Assembly: GCF_009914755.1 (NCBI RefSeq)
Contig: NC_060926.1
Strand: one strand, 5' to 3'
DNA: 64,000 bases
DNA from: the human T2T-CHM13v2.0 reference genome, Homo sapiens
Under the pieces are notes generated by a model. The model was not told the origin of the DNA and made no database searches. It was given only the letters and a program-made list of their open reading frames with translations. The translations under genes and the position numbers were made by a program. Below, piece by piece: positions 40,849 through 53,320 of the stretch. The first letter of the stretch is position 1. The number at the start of each line of letters is the position of its first letter.

Positions 40849-42599
40849 ATGATTAATGTGACAGGTGGCATTTTCCAAAGGCAGCCACAGTGATATCTCC
40901 AATCCCACTTGCTCTTGCAAAATGACCTTTCTATGTCTCATTAGCATTCAAATGTCAGAGCCAGCATTCAAAGCTAGGCAGTTGATAACATCCCAAATCA
41001 AGCCCATGACTACTCACCAGCATTGTTCTGAGTAACCAATGCTTTCAATAACCCTACTAGGTAACACTCCTGGTATACCCACTGGAAAGCAAAGGAGACT
41101 CATAGAAGAATTGCAAATTGTACTTGATAGGAAAGGAAGAAATAAAGAACAGAAGACAGGGATTTTATGAAAAAATATTTGATCTCATCAGTAATCAAGG
41201 AAATAAAATTGAAACAAAGATGAGATGTGATGTCATAACTACTAAATTACAAAACTGAAAAATAAAAGAAATTGTTGTTACTACAAAATTTATATACTCA
41301 TATACTATGAGAAGTTAAATTTAATACTTTAGAAAGCAATGTAGCAGTGATGATATACATGTATTCTATTGTTTAAAAAGTTTGACTTAGATTTACTTCT
41401 AAGAGTTTATCTTAAGGAAATAATTCAAAACAATACTATTGTTTTCACACAAAGATGTTTTCTGCAAAGTTATGTGTGTAATTAGAAAAAGTAACCTATT
41501 TTCTATCAGAATGTGAATGAGTAATAGAAATACATAATAAAAGAAATAAGGACACACTTTCACTTATAGAAACTATGTTAATAGATAAATTTGCATAGGA
41601 AAATAACAGGAGAGATTATGCAAAAATAATCATAGCATGTGAGAGCGCTAAAGTCAACTCAATTTTCAAGATGCTTAATAATTTTGCCATTCTGTTTAAA
41701 ATTTATTTTTAGAAAAACAAAACTGTTTTGATGATGCTCCTCTGCAGGCCAGTCTCTTTCTAAATCACAATTTTTGTCTTAAAGAGTCAGAGCCAGGAAA
41801 TCTCACCTTGTCATCTGGCACAAAACAGGTTTCTTCCTGCCCTGTTGGGGGATGGTGGCAGCCAGCAATCAACTACCCAGGGCCATCCAGAAGTTCACCA
41901 GCACTGCCCCTGTGCCTTCCACGGGGAGGGGTCAGGCCTGGAGTGTCCACACGGTGCCTGCCGTGGGTGTCTGACATTCTTCATCATCGAGGCCTGTCTG
42001 CTGGCAGCTGAGGTCCTTGACAGTTGGTTAATCTGCAGTGGAGTTTAAAGCCAAAGTCAGTAGTTGAATTATTCTGTTATCCAGATTGAGGATTAACACC
42101 TCTATTGAGTTGATGTGGAAAATGGCTCCGAAATTCCCCTTGACAAGCTCTCTCTTTATCAAAAAACCACTCCAATCTCACCTACTTTGCAATTTGCAGT
42201 AAGTGCTGGTATTAAACAAAATTATAAAAGGTAGATTCAGAGTCTGCCCACTCTTCCCAGCACTCAGAGATGAGGAAGCAATAACTCAACCTCACCCCCC
42301 CAACCACCTAGGGTGAATCTGACTAGGTCCTCACAGAACCCAAACCACATTTAACAACCTTCCTCCCCTGGAGAAAACTGGTCCCCATGCTTCCCTCTTA
42401 CTGGGCTCCAACCCATTCTCCACATGAGAGCTAGAAAGGTTTCTACAAAAGCCCTCTGGTGACCTCCCACTGCACAGGTGATAGAAAACACTGCTGCCGC
42501 ACCCTACAGGGCTCTGCCTAGCCTGGCCCCTGAAGCTTTTCCAGCAGAGTACTTGAACTTGTCCCACCCTCCACCAGGGACATTCTCTTCCCCTTCTGC

Positions 42600-42710
42600 T
42601 AAAGTCACCAATTCATCCTGGTTTGCCTGGCACTTTCCTTTTAGCGTTGAAAGTCCCACATCCTGGGAAACCTCTCATTGCCCAGCAAACTAAAGCAATG
42701 GATCAAACTA
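42600..42710. mobile_element. Short hAT DNA transposon remnant (MER94-like)
   Basis: gtcaccaattcatcctggtttgcctggcactttcc...gaaagtcccacatcctgggaaacc resembles the MER94 consensus as remembered. Confidence 0.55.
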
Positions 42711-42879
42711 CTTTGTATTCCCCAACCCACACTCCTAAGGTCTTATCCTAAAAGCCACTTGCCAGAGTCCTGGCTCCTCCTACCTCCCCCACACCCACCA
42801 TATCTAAAGTGGGTCCTGACTGCTATTCTCTCTCATGACACTCTTCTTTTGCTTGAGGCACCTTTTAATTATTTGCTTC

Positions 42880-45010
42880 TTCATTCACAATTATTGAATT
42901 TCTCCTAGGTGCTCTGCATGGTGTTATGGGCTGGGGCTACAGCCGGAAGCCGAGTAGACAAAGTCCCTATCTTCGTGAGCTTACATCCCAGTGAAAGGCA
43001 AGAGTATAAGCAAAGGAATCCATAGGTAAACCACATAGTATGTTAGGTTACATTCGGTGTGCGAGAGAAAAACAAAGCAGGGAACAGGGATAGAGATGTC
43101 AGGGTTAAGGATGACATTTGCAATTTTCGATAGGGCCACCAGGAGAGGCCTAATTGAGGTTACATTTTTATAAAGACCTAAAAAAAAGTAGAGAACAAGG
43201 AAAAGAATTCCTGAGGGGAAATATTCTAGATGGATGGAACAGAACATGCAAAAGTCCCAGGTAAAGAACAGCAAAGAAGCCAGAATGACAGGAGCTGAGG
43301 GTGCAGAAGAGAAGTAGCAGGGGGTGAAGGCAGAGGAAGTGGAGGCCTGCCTCTGTGGGTGTGGGACCATGTGGCTCATGTGGCTTTTATGCTGAGTGAG
43401 ATGGGAAGCTAAGCTGGGTTTAAATCAGGGAGTGACATGATCTGCCTTACTGTTTAAAACGGGCACTCTGGCAAACACCTGTTAAGGGACTTTCAAAATA
43501 TTCTGGGTAAGAGATGGGGGTGGATTAAACAAGGGTAGAAGCAGTAAAGTTGATGAGAAGTTATTTAATCCTGTATATATTTTGAAGGTAGGGCTGGGGA
43601 GATCTCCTGATACCACGGATATGGGTGGTGTATTAGTCTGTTCTCACACTGCTAATAAAGACATACCCGAGACTGGGTAATTTATAAAGGAAAGAGGTTT
43701 AACTGACTCACAGTTCCACATGGCTGGGAAGGCCTCACAATCATGGCTGAAGAAGAAGAAGAAAGAGCAAAGGAATGCCTTACGTGGTGGCAGGCAAGAG
43801 GGCTTGTGCGGGGGAACTCCCATTTATAAGACCACCAGGCCTCGTGAAACTTATTCACTACCACAAGAAAAGTATGGGGTAAACCACCCCCAGGATTCAA
43901 TGATCTCCACCTGGCCCCACCCTTATTACCGTTCAAGGTGAGATTTGGGTGGGGACACAGTCAAACCCTATCAGGTGGGAAACAGAGTGGAGATGGTTCC
44001 AATATCATAGTGCTTCCATTCCCTGAGATAAGAAAGACTGTGAGGCAGCAGGTTTGTGGGGGGTGGAACAATTGGAGATCACTTTTGAACAGGCTGATTT
44101 TTAGATCATTAGACATCAAGGAGAAAGTTAGACATATGAGTCTAGAGCTCAAGAAAGAGACCTGGGCTGGAAATGTAAATTTGGAAGTTGTCAGAGTAGA
44201 GATTATATTTAAAACCATGACGCTGAATGCAATCACGAAATGAGCTAAATAGAGACAGAAGAGAGGAAAGGCCCAGGAGCTAAGGTTGAGGACACTCCTT
44301 CATTTGGGGTTGGGAAGATGCAAAGCAGAAGGAGTGGTCAGAAGGATAGAGCAAAGCCACACACGTGTGGTGTTCCGGAGGCCCATTGAGGGGTTGGAGG
44401 GGACTCAGCTGTGTCAAAGACTGCTCGTTGGTCAAGGAAGAGTGGGGCTGAGAGTGGACCATGCATTTATTATTGCAGAGGTCATTAGATGTATTTAGGG
44501 CAGTTTCAGTGGACTGTTTGAGCTTAAGCCTGATTGGAGTAGGTTCAAGGGAAACCAGGAGGAGATAGTATGAACCACTCTTTCAAGGGATTCTGCTGCT
44601 AATGGAAGAACAGAAAAGAGGGTAGTACTTAGGGTGGGAAGTGCAGAAAGGAGAGGAATTTTTTTCTGTTTTATTTCTATCATTATTGTCATTTTATTTT
44701 GTTTGAATGTGGGAGGCAAAATGCATATATTTTTGCTCACAGGAATGATCTGGAAAAGAAGCAAAAAATAGGCAATGCAGGGAAGAGAAATTGATGGTGA
44801 TAGAAATGCATGAGCGAGCCAGAAGGAATAAGGTCTGGGATCAAAGCAGAGGTGGAAACTAGGGCTAGGAACTCAGACAGCCAGTCCTAAGAAATAGGAG
44901 AGAAGCTAGAGTTTATACACACAGATGCTGGAAGGTGGGTAGACATGGTGGTGGGAGGATATGGAAGTTTTTTCAGATAGCTTCCATATTCTCAATGAAA
45001 TAAGGAACAA
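42880..45010. mobile_element. L2 element interrupted by a THE1 LTR
   Basis: Degenerate L2 motifs (gacaaagtccctatcttcgtgagcttacat, gggagtgacatgatctg, gggctggaaatgtaaatttggaag). Confidence 0.7.
43629..43973. mobile_element. THE1-family MaLR solo LTR
   Basis: TGTATTAGTCTGTTCTCACACTGCTAATAAAGAC...caaaccctatca; perfect 5-bp TSD ggtgg (43624-43628, 43974-43978). Confidence 0.92.
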
Positions 45011-45663
45011 GTTTTATCAATCAGTGACCAATTTGGAAAACATGAAACATTCTCAAGCAGAGAGAATTTTAATGGGAGGAATTGGGTGCAAAAGGCTGGA
45101 AGGACTGAAGAAGACAATGGGAGAGAGGGGACCTCTAAGGGGGCCTGTGACTTGCAGGCTGAGCAGGAGCTACCTCCTCTGTAGGTGCTGGAAATGCTGG
45201 TGTGGCTGGAACCTGCAGTTGCCTACAGGCAGCTGCCATTGTCAAATCCAGAATAAGAACGATTTCTCCCCTCCTCCTGCTTTCTAATCTGTGTCAGGGT
45301 CTCCTTGGCAGATGCTAACTGGAAAGCAGCTGACAACAGTTTGGATAATAGATTTTTGAGACTTGTGCCCCCTGCAATACAAGGAATATGTTGAAAAGTC
45401 AGGGATCAAGCTAAATACCACAAGCCACACAAGACTGTCATCTTGTGTGAATGAGGATGGGGGAGAGATATTGGAAGTTTGGGGAGAGATAAAGACTTGC
45501 AATAGTTGTCTGGCAGAATAACAGTGTGATTGGACTTGAAAAATACAGTACAATTTCCTGTGAGTTTGAAGGCCACCCTAGGGGTAAGTGAATGTGAATT
45601 TAAAGTCAGACCACTCAGCATAGCCACCAAGTAGGCAATGACGTGGTTTAATTAAGAGAGTTA

Positions 45664-45925
45664 GGCCGAGGCGGACAGATCATGAGGTCAGGAGATCGAG
45701 ACCATCCTGGCTAACACAGAGAAACCCCGTCTCTACTAAAAATACAAAAAAATTAGCCAGACGTGGTGGCAGGCACCTGTAGTCCCAACTACTCAGGAGG
45801 CTGAGGCAGGAGAATGGCGTCAACCCGGGAGGCAGAGCTTGCAGTGAGCCGAGATTGTGCCACTGCACCTCCAGCGTGGGCGACAGAGAGAGACTCCGTC
45901 TCAAGAAAAAAAAAAAAAAAAAAAA
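45664..45925 (+). mobile_element. 5'-truncated AluY
   Basis: gagatcgagaccatcctggctaacac, gagaatggcgt, gagcttgcagtgagccgag, poly-A; TSD-like agagtt. Confidence 0.9.
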
Positions 45926-46079
45926 GAGTTCACTGAAGCAAGAATGGGGCAAGGGAGTGGAGGGTATATTCAAGAGAGTGATTATAACACAGGAAGGTAA
46001 TTGGCCACAGAATTTAAGCTGCATATGGAAGGAAGTGAAGGCAGGGAGCAGGGGTAGATAACAGACATGTTTATGTACT

Positions 46080-46370
46080 AAGTTCTTATCTCCTCCACCA
46101 ACTAAGAATTCCTTGACATGAAAGATCAAATCTATGTAGCTCACCATTGTATTCCTAACACCTAGAATTCACCTAGCTCACAGTAAGAACTCAATAAACA
46201 TTTGTTGGGTAAATGATCAATTGAATGAATGGATACCATACTCCTTAATAGACTGTCAGCAGTATCAGGTCAGGGACCATGTCTAACGTGTTCATTTCTG
46301 TCTCCTCAATACTATTATAGTGTCTGGCATATTGTAGATACTTTGATATATTTGTTAAAATGAAATGAAT
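46080..46370. mobile_element. L2 3'-end remnants
   Basis: ctcaataaacatttgttgggtaaatga; gtgtctggcatattgtagatac...atttgttaaaatgaaatgaat. Confidence 0.6.
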
Positions 46371-47367
46371 TGAATCCATTGGAAAGGCAAAAAAGCAAAC
46401 CCAGCAAACAAAAGAAGATAATATCATAAAAGATATAGGGTAGGCTGTGTAGGACCTGTAGACTCTAGCCAGAAGAAAGAGAGAGCAAATGAAGGCCTGG
46501 TGGTGATCAGTATAATCTAGTAAAATGCCAAGTTCAATTTGAGTCTGAGAAGATGCTACACTTCCCAATCTGTCTCAGCTGAAGGAATGGAAAGAAATGT
46601 GGCAGCACCAGAACAGGCAGGGGTCATTCTTGGCACAGGCAAAGACTGTTATTGATGCCAGGGCAAAATGAATGAAGCCTGGCTCAAAGTCCAGGCTCAG
46701 GGTTTCAAATTAAGAGTTGAAAGGCCAAAAAAAAAAAAACAAAAACCCACCCCAATCCTCTCTCCTACCAACTCCCCCAATCCTAAACTTAGAATACAAG
46801 CAAAGCAGGTGTATTGCCAACTGGGCTGTCCTCCAGGAGGGAGAAAGCCAGGCCAGCCACGGGGAGCCCAAATATGCTGACAGGCAAAGAGGACTGGGTG
46901 GGAACCACAGCAAGTGCTCACTTATTCAGCCTGGGAGGGTTTAGCCCTGGACAAAATCATGAATTTGGCAATGTTGGTTCACCAACTCTCAGAAACTTGG
47001 CTTCTGGATCCCAGACAAGTCTTAAATCTGCTTTCCTTAATGTGAAGTTAAGTCCTCTAATGCTTCCCCATGTCCCTTTCAAAACTGCTTACAGTTGAAA
47101 TAGATGACAAATCTCTGCTATGATAAACATCTCATCTCCCCTAGTTGACAGAAGGCTCTTTAGGGGAAAAGACTTTTTGTTTTATTCAACTTTGAGAACT
47201 CCACAACCCCTAGGACCTATTCTGTAGAAGATGCTCAAGGAATGTTTGTTCAAGAAGTGAGTTAATTAATGAGTTAATGACTGGGACACTTCAATATATT
47301 ATTTCTCCTATGGACCAAACTTATGTCTTGATAGCATAAATTTGGAATAAGTTTTAAATAACTTATT

Positions 47368-48062
47368 CCTTCATTAGGAAAATGCAAATCAAAACCACAA
47401 TGGGGTACCATCTTACCCCCACTGGGATGGATATAATGAAAAAAGTAAGTGTTGATGAGGATGGCTTGATGGGTCCTCAAAAAGCTAAACATAAAATTAC
47501 CATAGGACCCAGAAATTCCACTCTCCTGGGTGTGTGTATACCCAAAAGAATTGAAAGCAAGAACCCAAACACATACATGTACACACATGTCCATAGCAGC
47601 ACTATTCACAATAGCCAAAAAGTAGAAGCAACCCAAATGTTCATCAACAGATCGATGGGTAAACAAACTATGACTCATGCATACAAAGCAATAGTGTTCA
47701 GCGATAAAATGGAATGAAGTACTGATATTGTCATGTGAATGAACCTTGAAAACACACTATGTTAAGTAAAAAAATCCAGACACAAAAGGATATATATTGT
47801 ATGATTTCACTTGTATAAAATATACAGAATAGGTAAATCCATGCAGACAGAAAGCAGATTGGTGCATGCCAAAGTCTGAGGGAAGGGAGAATGAAAGTAA
47901 CTCCTCAATGGTTATCAAGTTTCCTTTCAGGGTGATGAAAATGTTCCAGAGCTAGACAGACATGATGGTTGCACAACTTTTTGGCTGTGCTAAACGCCAA
48001 TGAATTGTCACTTCAAAATAGTTAATTTCATTTTATATGAATTTAACCTCAATTTTTAAAAA
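47368..48062 (+). mobile_element. L1MB-type 3' fragment
   Basis: aaatgcaaatcaaaaccacaatg (ORF MQIKTTM.YHLTP), cagcactattcacaatagccaaaa, L1MB-like 3' UTR. Confidence 0.85.
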
Positions 48063-48570
48063 ATTACCTCTCTTATGGCATAATAAATTATCCAAAACAT
48101 GAACACAATTAACATGTATTACATTACACAGTTTGAGAGTCAGGAATCCAGGAAGGCTTAGCTGGGTGGTTCTCACTAGAGTAGCTCATTGGGTTTTAGT
48201 CAAGATGTTGCCCAGGGCTGCAGTCCTCTGAAGGCTTGACTGGGGCTGGCAGATCTGCTTCCAAGATGGCTCCTCACATTGCTCTTATCAGAAGGCCTCA
48301 GTTTCTTGCTACATAGACCTCTCCATGAGCCTACTTGAGCATCTTAAAACATGGCAACTGGTTCCTCCAGAGTGAATGATCCATGAGTGTACAAGGCAGA
48401 AGTCATAATGTCTTTTATGAACTAACCTAGAAAGTTCCATACCTTTATTTCCACAATATCCCATTGGTTGCACAGGTCAACTCTATTCAGAGTGAGTGGG
48501 ACCTATACAAGGATATGAATTCCTGGAAGCAAGTATCCTTGGACATCATCCGGAAAGCTAGTGATCACTC
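48063..48570. mobile_element. MLT1-family MaLR LTR remnant
   Basis: gtcaggaatccagg...gcttagctgggtggttc...gaaggcttgactggggctgg...cttccaagatggctc. Confidence 0.7.
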
Positions 48571-50025
48571 CCCATTCTCCCTTACATAAGAGATAATAAT
48601 GAATTAATGCATCATCCACTCAGCCTAAATTTGACCACCAAAAGTGGAGTACAGGAGGCAGCCTTAGGAACACATGATAGAAAGCAAGGCAAACATTGCC
48701 TGTGAATATTATCTGTTGGGGGAATGAGTAGATCATGACTGAGTATGTGCAGAAGTTGCTTCATGCACATGCGTTATAATGAGAACCTATATCTTGCAAC
48801 AATTTCCTGGAAACCCAAAGTTTCTTTGAGACAAGACTCTCCTAAGTAATGGGAGTATTGATCTCTGATAACAAGACATCTAACTCATAATAGCATATTG
48901 GGGATGTTGTAAGGGAACTAAGGAAGGGGGTCTTGCCCCCTCTTCCTGTCTCCCAGTTTTCTTTCACGGGTTATTACATGCTAGCACATAGCTTCCTCAA
49001 CAGTTCCTAGGCATGTCCTACTGCCCAAGCCCAGGGCCACTTCCGTCCCTTCTCTGAAATGGCAGTTTTGCCAAGGTTACAACCGTCAGCGCCCAGAAGG
49101 TACTCCAATAAGACAATAGGCGCAGTTGTGTCATCTCATGAGTCAGAGCTTCCAAGATCCTGCCCCAATCAGATTGCTGATAAGCACATTCCTGAAAGTT
49201 AGGCAGATCACTGAAATGTTACCAAAGTCTTGACTTGGGCGTAACACTATAACACTATTTGGATGCCTTCATGGAAGCAAGGGGGCCAACGGCTGGCCAC
49301 TTTTCATTTGGAGAGAGAAAAAAATGATCAGGCTGTTTGGAGTTTTCAATTGAATAAAAAAATTAGAAATAAGAGAATTCAGCTTTGTAAAAGACTATGT
49401 CAACTACCTAACAAGATGGGGTGGACTGGGAACCCGAGCTGCCAATTTACCTGGAATGAACTTCAGAAAGAAGTGGGGTAGATCAAGCCATTGAGGTTGG
49501 GTGCACATAGAGAAAAAAATAAGTAGCTCAGGATAGATACAAGATGCTGCAAGATAACGTGTGCTAACATACTGTGCCTACTCAGAGGTTCCTGCTTTAG
49601 AGAAAATATTAAGGACAAAAGAAAAGGCACAGAAACATCCAGGGAAACTGAGCCAGAAGGAGAAGAGCTAACAGGAGCACAGCGGGATCAGGGCAGTTGG
49701 TGTCCTGGAAGGCAGGAGTCCTGGGTTCCTGGATGTATATAAAAATGCAGGAGGTGAAGAAGGTGAGAGGAGAAGATCCGCAGGGTAGAAGAGGGAGGAG
49801 GTTGAAAACAGCCATAGAAAACAGATGAATATAATCATAATTGAATATAGAGATGGAAAACAAGTGGCACATGCATGAAGAAGGCCAGGCGTCCTCATGT
49901 GTATCTGACTGAATGGAAAGAGCTAATGAAAAACAACCAAACCAAGCAACAATATGAGAAGGAGAGTTTGTATGTGGGCCATAATGATGTGATTGGGTTA
50001 CTGACTTATATTTTTTATTTGCTTA

Positions 50026-50364
<339 letters not shown>

Positions 50365-51559
50365 TCAGGTACTATTTTAAATATTAGACACTAGAACTAC
50401 AGCAGAGAACAAAACAAAGTCTCTAACCTCACAAAGTTGATAATTAAGTGACATAAATATCCAATTTAATGTCCTGATCAGACAACTGTACAAATAGATA
50501 TAACACAACAAAAAATATAAATAGCCAAAGTAAGGTACAGGCAAGGAACTGTGATGATTCCAACTTCTTTAATAACTTCTTTAATAATTCAATAACTATT
50601 GAGTTTGTGGTCTGTGCATGGTGTTTTTGAAGTACTGAGAGCAATAGAGATATGAGTATGATATTATCTGAGCCCTGGGTGACCTATAGCCCCCTAAATG
50701 CAACTGCTTGATGTTCCTGTGGCCAATTTTTATTAGGCACTGTAAGGACTGAGCTGTCTGTCTTTCCTCCTTGGGTCATTCCAGTGCCCAGGCTTGCCCA
50801 TACAGAGCACATGTTCTCAGAAGAAGTGTCTGTTTGGTTCTGGCCTTCTGGAATTTGATCCAGGTAGCTGGGCCACCGCTAGTCAGAGCTTGAGGAAAAA
50901 AAAAAAAGATAATGTATGAAAAGGCCTAAATTCATGCTTGACTTATTATATAAAGGCAATATTTTCCTATGTCTCAGGACTTCCAGGGCTAGTCAAAATA
51001 TTCTTTATGGAAAAACGTGCCCTGAAATGAAAGGTCAGAGGAGAGAAACAAGCCATGTAGCAGGAGCAAAATATCAGGACATCAGGAAAGTCCACCAGGG
51101 TGGATGTTTGAAGAAGTGAAATGAGGTCAGCTTGGTGGGTAGACAGAGGGCAGCGCAGGGACAACCACATGATTTTTGGTTTGGATGAAGAGCGGGACCA
51201 GATTGCTTTTCAATCAGTCTAATTGTGTAGTTCAGCCTGTCTCTTTTGGTTTCATGAGGTTTGTCTCAATCACTCACACTGTTAGTAAAAACACTTTTAG
51301 GGAATTGAGAAGTAGAAACAGTGAGCTCATTGATTTTTATATCAGAACCATTTTGTGAGATCAATGTTTGCAATGTTCACCTTAGTTGCTAAGGTCATGG
51401 GCATACCAGCCCACAAAGATTTGCTCATATGCCATGTTTATCTTGGAACCAATGTTTACCTTGGTATCAGGGTAAAGAGAAATACTCAGATGTAGTTAAA
51501 GAAAAGCAATAACTGTGATTACATAAACTTGCGTTTTTTCCTCCCTGAATGGTATCCGG

Positions 51560-51693
51560 ATCATAGGAAACTACCCAGAACGCCTTATCATGGCAATAGT
51601 TGAAAGGCATAGGACTATATAAACCAGATTTAGAAAATAAATGGGACATAGAAAATTCTTCTATGCATGCTGTTGTGTGGGGTATGAGACACC
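51560..51693 (+). promoter_or_regulatory. GKN3P promoter and 5' UTR: TATA box and GATA site
   Basis: TATATAAA 51616-51623, 78 bp before the ATG; TTATCA (TGATAA on minus) 51585-51590. Confidence 0.75.
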
Positions 51694-51705
51694 ATGAAAC
51701 ACCTT
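51694..51705 (+). pseudogene. GKN3P: GKN3P exon 1 coding part (MKHL)
   Basis: accATGAAACACCTT|gtaagt; a 12-nt first coding exon as in other gastrokines. Confidence 0.88.
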
Positions 51706-52950
51706 GTAAGTATATTTTCTAATTTCAAATGTAGGTGATTATGTTCTCAGAGCCAAAATAGCCAGGGAGAAGTTCTTTTTTCCCCATGGACTCTTCAAAT
51801 TAAACTCAAGGGGAATTTAGAATTTTCAAATATTAATTTGAAAAAACATAGCCTCTCTGTTTTGGAACATCTGAACAAAGAGTCTCTCCCAAAGGAAGTA
51901 ATAACTAAGTTCTTAAAGGTCCAGAATCCTTGGGGGTTACATAGATATTCATATTTTAGGGTCCTCTCTTCCTAGACTTGTCTTATTTACAAATTTCCAG
52001 TGAAGGAAAGTTTCAAATATATTTAATATATACCAACCCTAATAGTTTCATAAAATAGTGTTGCTATTTGCAGCTCATATATTTCCTCTATTAGCCTTAC
52101 AGCATCATGATGATTATTCATAGAGTAGCTGTTTTCTTTTCTTTTGTATATGTATCTTGCCTTTGTTTGCTTTCGTTGCATGTGGGATATTGCGGGGTGG
52201 GGGAGAAGGCGAGTTCCTGAGCCTTCAGTAGACCAGATGAGAATGAGGTATGGAATGTGGGGAAACATTCATTGTGCACTTTCTCACCTTGTCCTGTTTC
52301 TGCTCCCACCAATTCTCTCTGACTTACTCTCTGATGCTTAAAATTCCCTCAACAAGCAAGTAGGCCACACTGAGAAGAAATGATTAACTGCAAATATTTC
52401 AATAATTAGTCACATTTAATTAGCACAATCTATTTCAAAATAAAGTGCAAATAAGTGGTTCACGGTCTTTTATTCTCAGGCAAAGTGGAGAATCTAGAGG
52501 AAAGGAAATCAGGAGGATATCAGTTTCCAGAGAGGGCAGAGAGGGAGTCTCAAATGCTTGGAAAGAGAGAGGAAGGTGCAGAAAAACAAGACTGAGAACC
52601 TGAGTTATCATCACTTATTTTACAATTTGGCCTGAGATGGTCCTTCCCCATGTGCGCATCAAGTGGTTGGTCAGGTTGCCTAATATTTAGCCCAGTGATT
52701 AGCAATACATGCAGAGTGAAGCAAAAGGTATCCTTGACTGAACTATATAAAGCTTTGTCTCCTGAGTAGCCAGCATATCAACCATACTGCGTGACAGTCT
52801 CCTGATACACTGGGTCCCCCATGCCATGAAAGAGGATGGGAGTTAGAGATCATTAAAAGAAGGCTCCAGCCCCAGCAGGGCTTGGGGCTCTGGACTCTGA
52901 GCTCACCTGAAGCTAAGGCAAAAATGCCCTGATATTTGTTTTCATTTCAG

Positions 52951-53004
52951 GTTGCATCTTCCATCCTTGGGGTCTTCGTCCTAACCCCATCCCTGGCCAT
53001 GATG
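52951..53004 (+). pseudogene. GKN3P: GKN3P exon 2 (signal peptide)
   Basis: tttcatttcag|GTTGCA...ATGATG|gtgagt; VASSILGVFVLTPSLAMM. Confidence 0.93.
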
Positions 53005-53185
53005 GTGAGTAAGGATGGAAAGAGTTCAACCTGTCTAGTCCTCCTTTAGCAGAAGCATTTTAAAAGGTGATAATTAAGGGCAACCTCCTCAAATTTCCTG
53101 TGGGTACCCGTAAAACCTACAAGGCATGGGCAAAGTAGGAACTCTGAACTTTCAACTTTTCTCACTGTTGCTTGGTTTTCTCCAG

Positions 53186-53320
53186 AACATCCGTTTCAAC
53201 CATCCTTTGTATGGATCTTTTGGGACTCAAATTATCCATATTGGTGCCTTCCAAGGTATGGTCAGCATCCGAGACAACAATATTTTCAGTGAATAGGACG
53301 GAATCCTGGACTACAAGAAT
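53186..53320 (+). pseudogene. GKN3P: GKN3P exon 3, with premature TAG (53294-53296) and a non-canonical donor
   Basis: ttttctccag|AACATC...GAA TAG GAC...TACAAGAAT|ataaga. Confidence 0.92.
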
